Part shown: positions 53,803 to 64,000 of the stretch, in pieces | Layout of the letters: every line of letters begins with the position of its first letter | Position numbering within the stretch: the first letter of the stretch is position 1 | Assembly: GCF_006345805.1 (NCBI RefSeq) | Contig: NC_043000.1 | Location: 115,816,001 to 115,880,000, forward strand | Origin: Octopus sinensis | Lineage: Eukaryota | Length of the DNA: 64,000 nucleotides | Direction of reading: 5' to 3' | Position numbers and translations under genes: made by a program | The notes under the pieces: model-generated | Databases searched by the model: none | The model's input: the letters and a program-made list of their open reading frames with translations, nothing else | Told to the model about the DNA's origin: nothing

Positions 53803-56124
53803 CATATATACACACACACACATACATGAATGTGTACACAAATTTACGTATGAATCTGTATATTTATGTATGTGTTTATAAGTGTATGTATGCTTGCATG
53901 TACATATGTTCTTGATGTATATGTGAAAATTCTCGCCTATAGACACAGAACTGATTTCTATCTGAGAAACAAGATTCTTTCATTAGAATTCAGATGTCAG
54001 TTAGATAATGTATGTATATATTCGTGATTGTATTTTTCGAATATTTAACCGATTTTGTAGGAAACGGCTCCTAGCTGAAAACAAGGCTCTCTTAAATACC
54101 CCAAGCAAGATGACACATTTGATAAATAACAGAACCAAAGTACTCTGTCAAATTCTTCCATCATCCAAAATGTCATACATTAGATAAAAAAAAATAATAC
54201 AAAATAACCCTCAAAATCTCTATATTGCAACCACCGCCTTGTCTTTAGATTAAACTACTTACCAAATACTTTAACTGAAAACATTTACAAAGAGAATGAT
54301 GGCGACTGCTGAATATTTTATGAATCATGTTTATAAAATATTTATCCTAATGCATCTCATCTCAATCATAAGATAGAAACTCCAGGAAATAATCTGCATG
54401 CAGAACTTTAGTCTCTCTCTTCTCTCTCAATTGCTGAAGTATTAACGACCAATAAAAGTTAAAGAGAAAAATTTCTATGAATTTCTTCTAAACTGTTACG
54501 CTTCGTAAAAATATTTGATTTAGTGTCATTTATTTGTCTTGGGTTATGCCATGCTCATGATTTCAAATAAGAATGAAATGGTGATATACATGCCTACTTG
54601 TGATTAAAACATTGTAAAGAATAGAAAAATTTGAATATTTAAATTCTGTGCATTTTCTTCGTTGTTCTCCGATTGCAAACTGTAAAACCTAACTCAGCTA
54701 TGATTAATCTAGAATAATCAGGATTAATCTTACAATAACGACCTCAGGTCACACCATAGGTTTAGGTATCCCAACCGTCTTCAAAATGTTTAATCATGGT
54801 TGATCATTCAACATTTGCCACCTAGATCCGAAATATAACTTATAAGTTGTGTATGTAGTAGGATAGGAACACACTTGTCTCTCGTTTGCTAATTTCTCAT
54901 CTGTGCTCGCAGGTCCGATAGACGATTCCAGTGCTTGTCAAACTGACGGGTTTCCCAGACCAGGTTTCATTAAAGTGTAATTTATTCTGCGAAATGGAAA
55001 GAAATTCAATGATAAAGTATTTCCCGTAGTTTGCGTTTCATTCCCTACAACCATTCTGCTTTCCAGGGATAGTGACATTTCCGCTTTTTTCAGGGCTTCA
55101 GGATTTCGCCTTAACTCTGGCAGGGTGGCTAACGGGTACTATGCGTACCAAAGAGCAACTTGTGATTTTGTCCAGGACTGCTTATTGAGTCTCCGCAGTT
55201 AACCCATGTATCTACAAGTCGTACCCCTATCCACAAACCGAGGACCCGTTGATGAGAGTTTTGATACCACACTAAAAGAACAAATTTCTCATATTTCTTT
55301 AAGTATTCCAGAGATACATCGAAACCCTAATATTCAGAAATAGAATAGTGTTGATTTCGGATACTTTAATAACAATATATAATATCGTGTATAATTCTTT
55401 CTACTACAGACACGGGGCCTGAAATTTTGGGAGAGTGGATGCTAGTCGATTATATTGAATCCTGTACACAGCTGGTACTTATTTCATCGACCCCGGAAGA
55501 ATGAATAGCAAATTGAACCTTAGCGGAATTTGAACTCAGAACTTAGAACCGGAAGAAATACTGCTACACATTTTCTCCGGCAAGGTTACGATCCTGCCAG
55601 TGCATTGGCCTCATGTTGTATATAATTAAAAAAAAAGGGTCTTGGATTATGAGTTGAAATCCAGTGTCTTTTTGTGTGCATGTGTGTGTTTAGTAGAGAG
55701 GCTTTTGTTAGGATGGTTCTTACAATAAGCTGGCATTTTTGCCAAGCAACAATTTGATTCTTATTCATTTCATGCTAAGAATTATAGAGTATCAGCTATC
55801 TGAATAACCCCTGTGGCCTGAAAACGGACCATCGGAAACTTTACCACTTCCGAAATCTAATATCTCGACACGCCATTTGAAAATGTATCATTGATATGGA
55901 TTATCTTCAACTGTGATAGCCTCGATGAATTATTTGCAACTGTATCACTCTATAATATCATTTTAAACTGTATATCTCCAAATGTTACAGCGATTGGACA
56001 ATGACAAGACCATCCACTTCAGAGATATCCAAAATGGGTCGTGTTGTATCCCGTAAATATGTAATGCCACACGGAAAGACATGGTAATCATTATTCATTT
56101 TAATATTTTTTTAATCCCTCTAAG

Positions 56125-56760
56125 ATGGCAGAACCGATAGCACGCCGGGCAAAATGCTTAGCGGTATTTCGTCTGCCGTTACGTTCTGAGTTTAAATTCC
56201 GCCGAGGACGACTTTGCCTTTCATCCTTTCGGGGTCGATAAATTAGATACCAGTTACGCACTGGTGTCGATGTAATCGACTTAATACCTATGTCTGACCT
56301 TGTTTGTCCCCTCTATGTTTAGCCCCTTGTGGGTAATAAAGAAATAGGTATTTTGTCGGTTGAAGGCGGCGAGCTGGCAGAAACGTTAGCACGCCGGGCG
56401 AAATGCTTAGCGATATTTCCTCTGCCGTTACGTTGTGAGTTCAAATTTCGCCGAGGTCGATTTTGCCTTTCATCCTTTCGGGGTCGGTTAAATAACTACC
56501 AGTTACGCACTGCAGTCGATATAATCGACTTAATCAGTTTGTATGTCCTTGTTTGTCCTCTCTGTGTTTAGCTCCTTGTGGGTAGTAAAGAAATAGGTAT
56601 TTCGTCTGTCTTTACGTTCTGAGTTCAAATTCTGCCGAGGTTGACTTTGCTTTTCATCCTTTCGGGGTCGATAAATTAAGTACCTGTAGCGTGCTGGGGT
56701 CGATCTAATCGACTGGCCCCCTCCTCCAAAATTTCCGTCCTCGTGCCTAGAGTAGAAAAG
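56125..56760 (+). mobile_element. SINE family 2 tandem cluster
   Basis: Two heads and three bodies. Confidence 0.85.
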
Positions 56761-56784
56761 AATCGTTAACACATCGAGTAAGCG

Positions 56785-57065
56785 GTCTTTAGGTTCGAGG
56801 TGGTCATTAAGCTCTGCTGTAATTTTGGGAGCTATACTTTTTTTATTCGTTCTCACAACTCCCGTAAGAGTCCGACCGTCCCTATCTGAAAGTTTTGGTT
56901 TTCTTGCGGAGTTTTGCTTCGATGAGGAGGTTTTTCCCCTGTTTCTCAAAGGCTGTCATTACTTTCGAGACAGTACTTCTTGATACACCAAACATTTCAG
57001 CTGTTTTTTGTTACGCTAGCGCACGCCATACGAGCACCAAAAATTTGATCTCTTTGCTCAACATC
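56785..57065 (-). pseudogene. Tc1 transposase N-terminal fragment
   Basis: QRDQIFGARMACASVTK..FGVSRSTVSKV..GKTSSSKQNSARKPKLSDRD.RTL..V..NKK..APKITAELN. Confidence 0.8.
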
Positions 57066-57390
57066 TCCTTGATTGTGTTGAGAACGATTACAAAGCTTTT
57101 GAAAAGTTTGTGTAGGCCTCTGAGTAGGTATCACCAAGCTCTTGGCAAAATTTGATGCAGATTCTCTGCTCAACTGTATCATGGTCAGTGTGACGACCAC
57201 ACGCTACACACGTTCCTTCCAAGAATTTCTGTAAACAGCGGAAGTGAGCTAGAACGTTAAAACTTAATGCGCATGCACAGCACAGTTCAAGGTCAATCTG
57301 TGCATAGCGACTGCACTTTGCATGCTTTAGCTTCGTTGCTATGGCAACAGTCAGTATACTTACTGATCAAACCACGTATACATACATATG

Positions 57391-57431
<41 letters not shown>

Positions 57432-57442
57432 CTAAGCAATAT

Positions 57443-57993
57443 AGTGGATAAAACAGTGTATTTGGCTTTAGAATAACCCTCTTTAGCCCTTAATTATATG
57501 ATGTATATTGCAACCGTAACGGTTTTTTTAAATATACTGCCCACGCTTCCTGATGAATTCCTTTGCTGTAGAGTAAGGGACTTCATCCTATATTGCTTAG
57601 TAGTAAACTCGATGCTTGCTACAGGAGGACTGGTAACCATTACAATTTGTAGCGGCGAAAGGTCTGGACGTTGTTTTCTGAGGCTGACCAAAGAATTTTT
57701 ATTTTAGATATAAGTGATGTACTCAAGTGTAGTTATGTTTTTAGCTTGTGCTTTTCCATGATCATACGTGAGTATTTTATTTATATCCCATCGAAAGTTC
57801 TACTGAAGAAGGAATATATCTTTTTTTATAAGATTAAGTCCGAAATTGATTCAATATAGAGATAACGAAATTTAAATTTTCTAAAGGTTAGTTGCCCGTT
57901 TTCAGTTTCAATTTTCCTGTAACAAGCGGATTATAAGTGGATAAAACAGTGTATTTGGCTTTAGAATAACCCTCTTTAGCCCTTAATTATATG

Positions 57994-57995
<2 letters not shown>
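57443..57995 (+). mobile_element. Terminally redundant 493+60 bp element with a hammerhead (monomeric retrozyme/pLTR)
   Basis: 60 bp direct repeats at 57443-57502 and 57936-57995; inserted in (TA)n. Confidence 0.8.
57799..57860 (+). ncRNA. Type I hammerhead ribozyme
   Basis: tcta-CTGAAGA-a-gga..tcc-GAAA-ttga-t-tcaa-TA-taga. Confidence 0.75.
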
Positions 57996-58054
<59 letters not shown>

Positions 58055-58249
58055 TATTAGTCGCCATGATTGATCGTTAGCCACTACACACATTTTTTTC
58101 TCTCCTTGTTTTTTCTGTGTCCCTTTCGGTAGAAGAGCGTAGGCTCTAACCGTTAAAGACTTTTTCTATTCCTGAGCGTTATACTAATACATCTGTTTGT
58201 TTTATACATCACCTGTCTTCGTCTTTTGTTTCTTTCGTAAACTCTCCCT

Positions 58250-58396
58250 ATATATATCTATATATATATATATAGGATATATATATATAGGATATATATA
58301 TATATACATATATATATACATATATATATACATATATCTATATACATATATCTATATACATATATATATACATATATATATATCTATATACATATA

Positions 58397-58453
<57 letters not shown>

Positions 58454-58595
58454 ATATATATACATTATATAGATATTATATAATATATATATAACATATA
58501 TAATATATATATACATATATATATACACATATATATATATAATATACATATATATATATTATATATACATATATAATATACATATATATATATAC

Positions 58596-58663
<68 letters not shown>

Positions 58664-58664
58664 T

Positions 58665-58715
<51 letters not shown>

Positions 58716-58758
58716 CAATATATTAGATATATACTATATATATATATATATACAATAT

Positions 58759-58808
<50 letters not shown>

Positions 58809-58908
58809 ATATATATATATACATATATATATATATAACAACATATATATATATATATAATATATATATACATATATATCTATATATATATATATATAAT
58901 ATATTATA

Positions 58909-58945
<37 letters not shown>
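58250..58945. repeat. (TA)n microsatellite block
   Basis: Directly visible. Confidence 0.95.
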
Positions 58946-58948
<3 letters not shown>

Positions 58949-59312
58949 AGTTTGTGTTTTATATTTGAGTGTGAATGTACGTATAATGCGTATATTATGT
59001 CTGTATATATGTACATGTGTTTTAGAGAATATTTATTTAGATCGACGCATTCTGCGGCAATCTATAAAAGATTCACACATACACACACGCACACAGACAC
59101 ACCTTATACCTTCTATGCAAGGATAAAGATGTAGAAGAAGTTAATAGATTTATCATGTGTATCTTGGCATATTTAATGCATATATTAAGTTTCAGTATGC
59201 ATGTGCATAGAGTGCGCACAGGATTGTCTATGATTACGTATATATATATATATATATATATAGATAGATATAGATATATGTGTGTGGGTGTGTTGGTAGA
59301 CGATAGACAGAC

Positions 59313-59363
<51 letters not shown>

Positions 59364-59956
59364 CACAGATAGATTTTGGCTACGTTGTGAATATTTGTGT
59401 ACGTACTGTATATATGCTGACGACGACATTTTGTTGATATTGATGTCGTTCATGTGTATGCACTTATGTCTCTCTCTCTCTCTCTCTCTAAGTGCAAGCA
59501 TATCCGTTTTAAAATATGATTTTATTATCGCACTTCATATAAAGGATCACCTCACATAATGCATCTACTCCATCAATAATATATGTATTAATTTCGCGAG
59601 ACAGTTTTCATGCGATTTCATTTAACTCTGCGCTGCAACATGGAACTTATTAAACATAGCTGACGTATCGGTAATTGTAGATGCGTTCTTCAATAATTAT
59701 GATCGTCTTTGATTAGAGCTGAGCATTCGCCGAACGATGTGGATTTACTTACACCACCGTGAAACAGTCTTAAGAAGGATTCTTGTTTTGGCCTCTTGAA
59801 GATTTAGGCGTTTTAATAAAAATCTCTTAACCGATAAATATATAGATAGGTAGGAAGGTAGGCAGGCCGGTAGGTAGATAGATAGATAGGTGGAGAGATA
59901 GATAGATAGACAGACAGACAGATAGATAGATAGATAGATAGATAGACAGACAGATA

Positions 59957-60060
59957 TGTTTCTTTATTAGCCACACAGGGCTGCACACAGACGGGACAAA
60001 TTACAAGGCAGAGCTTTTCTTTTTGGGGAGAAAAAAATAAGGCGAGTAGGTTTTCGACTG
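59957..60060 (-). mobile_element. Short LINE-like 3' tail inserted in (GATA)n
   Basis: Reverse complement is ..ccttgtaatttgtcccgtctgtgtgcagccctgtgtggctaataaagaaa. Confidence 0.55.
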
Positions 60061-60752
60061 ATAGATAGATAGATAGACAGATGGATGGATGGATGGATAG
60101 AGAGACAGACAGACAGATAGATAGATGGAGGGATGGAGAGATAGATAGACAGACAGACAGATAGATAGATAGATAGACAGATGGATGGACGGATGGAGAG
60201 ATAGATAGACAGATAGATGGCTAGATAGATAGATAGATGGATGGATGAATGAAGAGATAGATAGACAGACAGACAGACAGATAGATAGATAAATTGATGA
60301 ATAGATAGATAGATAGATGAGGTATTGGGTTCTGACTGAAATATAAGGGAGTGTGTGTCTGTGCGCGCGTGTGTGCGTGCATGTGTGTGTGAGTGTGTGC
60401 GCGCGCATTTGCCTCCAGTGCAAAAAATTACTATCACAAGACTGAATGTCTAACCAGCCGAAGCAATTTATCAGAGTCCAAACAGCTGGTCTCAGTCATC
60501 TGGTTTTGATTACAAGAAATTGGTGAGGAAATACTTGACCAACCATTGGCAAAAGAAAAAAAAGAACAGAGGAAAACCTGCGGCTCGATCAAACTATTTT
60601 ACTCTATATGGAAACAATGATTTACTCAACATTAGGTGCAGGCGTTGATGTGTGAAAAGAAGTTTGTTCTCCAATCACATGGTTCCAGATTCAGTCACAC
60701 TGCGTGGATTTCGTAGACGGAAACTGAGAGAAGCCCGTCGTATGTATACATA

Positions 60753-60815
<63 letters not shown>

Positions 60816-61697
60816 AATACATTAAAAATGAACGTCAATCTTTCTTGCTTGCCTGCCTGCTTGCAATGTTACACAACCAAAGCGGTGGGAAAATACTCCG
60901 AAAATAACTTAACCCTGAAAGGGAAGAAATTCTGACCTTTACAGTAGGCACATTATGATGGGGAAAATATTCGTAAGTGAAAATGACTTAGAAAATACAG
61001 TAAATATTTCGTAAAAGACCCGTAACCTCGGTGTGAAATATTTTTTCCATAGGTTTCTTTCGGGTGCATTCAACGTATCTCACCTCCATAGATTTGGCTG
61101 CTATTTCTAGCACACCCTTCCACCACGTAACAGCTATTTGCGATAAAGGATCCCAAATGCCCGTTTCGTGGTAGCAGGGCGTGCATGAAATAGCAGCCAA
61201 ATCTTTCCTTTTCTGGTGAAAGGAGTCGTATACGCGTGATTTCGAAATCACATTCGTCGAAAGCATGCGACATAACCTGGAAAAGAATAACAACACCCAC
61301 GAAACAAAACTCCGTTCCTGAGAAACTCAGACTTTCCCGGTACCTTGAATTATTGGTGACCCAACGGGTAGTCTTGTGTGTATGTGGTGTGTGTGTGTAT
61401 GCAGGTGCAGGGATTTGTTCACAAAATTACATTCAGTTGACTGAAGTATTTCATTTGAAATGCAGTTGGTTAATCATACTTTCATCTTTTATTTGTTTCA
61501 GTCTTTGGAATGCGGCCATGTTGGGGCACCGCTTGGAGGGCTCTTAATCGAAGAAACCAATCCCAGTATTTATGTCTGGTACTTATTCTGTCGGTCTCTT
61601 TTGCCGAACCACTACTTTATATGTTCGGAACACACCAAAACCGTTGCCAAGCGGTGAGGTGAGGAGAAAAACAGACAGACAGACAGACATACAGACA

Positions 61698-61734
<37 letters not shown>

Positions 61735-62784
61735 ACACACACACATATATATATATACATGCATATGCACACACGTGCACGTACACATACACTCACGCGT
61801 ATGTAGAAGGGGCTTCAACGCAGTTCTGTCTACTAAATTTACTCGCAAGGCATTGGCCGGGCTGAGACTTCAGTAGAGCCACTCAATCAAGCTACCGCGC
61901 AGTGGTACTGAACCCTGGAGACCACATGGTTGCTAAACGAGATTCTTAACCACATAATCATGTCTATATCACAGGAAACATTTACGTTTACGCCCTACAT
62001 TCCGGTTTCTGCTGCTGCTGAGGAGGAGAAACCATTCCGAAATGCATGCATCCAAAAATTCTGGTTGGTGGGAGGGGCAATGCAAACTGACTCGGTGTTT
62101 TTACCTTTCTGTCTACATCAAGAAATTTTCTCTATGGCAAAGCACAGTGGGTGACTTTCTTCCGGGTTCGAATATGCCTCAAGCATATTTAAACTTGTAA
62201 CAAGTTTGTATTTATATAGGAAATATGATTCAGAAATATGACTCGAAAATACCCACAAAAACTTACACACACGCCCACAAACATATAAATAAAGAGAGCG
62301 TATGAAGCCCAAGAACAACAACAAATTGAATGCTAAAACTTCTTTTACGAATATACATTTTGTTGTAGACGTTATTGAAATACCTGTTTCATTGCCTTTG
62401 AAATCAACCGATTGATTATGAACAATGTAATAGTATTTCTGTGCAAGAAAGCCGTATAGAAAGTGAAAAGAAAGTCAGTGTGATGTTTATTAAGTACGTG
62501 TGTGTGTGTGTGTGAGAGAGAGAGAAAGAGTGAGTGTATGTATGTATGTGGATACGCGCGCGGGAGTGTGTGTACGTGTCTGTGTGCCACCAATGATGGA
62601 AAGAAAAGCTAGTTGCGAAAAAGTTTCTATTACATATTTCATTATAAATTAATACGCCACACACACACACACACTCACACAACACACACACACACGCACA
62701 CACATACACACGCACACACACACATTTTTTGTATTTAGTTTGCAAGATTCTTTGTGTGAATTTGTGTGTTGAAACATATTTTAT

Positions 62785-62953
62785 TGTCTGGGGAGAGTCA
62801 TTCACTTTTAGTGCCATAGTTTTTAACACACTCATCGGTTCGATTTCCACTCATTTACTTATATATTTTTTCTAGAAAAAATAGATGAATAGCAATCGAA
62901 CCGGTGAGTGTGTTAAATACTATGGCACTAAAAGTGATGACTCTCCCCAGACA
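62785..62953. repeat. Imperfect ~170 bp palindrome
   Basis: tgtctggggagagtca..cttttagtgccatagt / actatggcactaaaag..tgactctccccagaca. Confidence 0.85.
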
Positions 62954-62960
62954 CAATTAT

Positions 62961-63000
<40 letters not shown>

Positions 63001-63005
63001 TATAT

Positions 63006-63168
63006 ACGCAAGAGAGTGGTTGTGTGGTAAGTAGCTTGCCTACCAAACCCATGGTTCCACTTCAGCCCACACTGCATCGTACCTTGAGCAAATGTCTCTA
63101 CTATAGCCCTCGGCCGACCAAAGTCTTGTGGGTGGATTCGGTAGGCGGAAACTGAAAGAAACCTGTCG

Positions 63169-63203
<35 letters not shown>

Positions 63204-63385
63204 ATGTGTTGTGTGTCTGTGTTTGTTCCCTCACTATTACTTGACAACCGATGTTGGTGTGTTTACGTCCCCGTAATCTACCGGTTCGGCAAAAGAACCT
63301 ATAGAATAAGTTCTAGGCTTACAAAGGCGGTGCTCCAGCATGGCTACAGTCAAATGACTGAAAGAAATAAAAGAATAAAAAGATA
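63006..63385 (+). mobile_element. CORE-like SINE
   Basis: Homology to 43626-44037. Confidence 0.85.
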
Positions 63386-63399
63386 ATATAATATGAATT

Positions 63400-63600
63400 G
63401 ATTTCAAATTTGGCACGAAGCCAGATATTTCGGAGTTAGAGTTTAAATCTATTACGACTCCTGTACGCAACTGAACTTAATTTATCGACCCCGAAAGGAT
63501 GAAAGCAAAGTCGACCTCGGCGGAATTTGAACTCAGAACGTAACGCAGACGAAATGCCGATAACCATTTTGCCCGGCGTGCTAACGTTTCTGCTAATGCC
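63400..63600 (-). mobile_element. SINE family 2
   Basis: Homology to 13386-13620. Confidence 0.8.
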
Positions 63601-64000
63601 AAAAGAATTGATACCCACACAATGCGGATGTGGTTTGTCTTAGACATTCTCTTATCCAAAATACAAGACGAATCAACGTCCCGAAGGCGATGGTGTTAAA
63701 CGTCCTCTTGTACAAAAGATAAACACGTAAAAATCACATGCAGCAATGAGGATATGAGAAGAAATCATCCCGATAAAGGGACCGTTCGAAAGATAACAAA
63801 AATCAAGGTGGCACTCCGCATGGCAGCAGCCATGGCTTAATGCGGGAGAAATAAATGAAATAAGAAACATATACCTTACACACACACACACAAAATGTAT
63901 TTAAAAATCCTGGCAGATATCAGTTAAGCATCTCTTATGATAAAAGCAGATTTTTCTCTGCCTCCCAAACCGTTCGTTTTTTATACAATTCTACAATATA

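Noticed and set aside
57545-57670. Additional CTGATGA hammerhead
   Set aside because: No matching GAAA-stem III-UH-stem I partner could be found.
60988-61300. 102 aa ORF and 18 bp inverted repeat (agatttggctgctatttc)
   Set aside because: No recognisable domain; probably fragments of another dispersed repeat.

Overview
Eukaryotic, very AT-rich, microsatellite-saturated DNA with no recognisable host-gene exon. The SINE and LINE families look like those of an octopus (inferred from recalled repeat families, not from a search). Almost all long ORFs in the track are translations of (TA)n, (TATG)n, (TATC)n or (AAT)n tracts. The real content is transposon-derived: a frameshifted CR1/L2-type LINE 3' end (1-1062), Tc1/mariner remnants and MITEs, a non-autonomous Helitron, RLE-type LINE tails, two abundant tRNA-derived SINE families, and a 5'-truncated Penelope-like element (RT plus GIY-YIG, Naiad-type) at about 20.8-23.6 kb. 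The most striking signal is a dense set of about 20 type-I minimal hammerhead ribozyme (HHR) motifs from about 9 sequence families. They occur in retrozyme-like tandem arrays (493 bp x2.8; 353 bp x3 plus one inverted unit), a terminally redundant 493+60 bp monomer, fold-back palindromes, Penelope pseudo-LTRs, and a tRNA-headed SINE carrying a hammerhead tail. Nearly every family has its own palindromic stem III, and several carry fixed non-canonical catalytic cores. Coordinates were read by eye; element boundaries are approximate.
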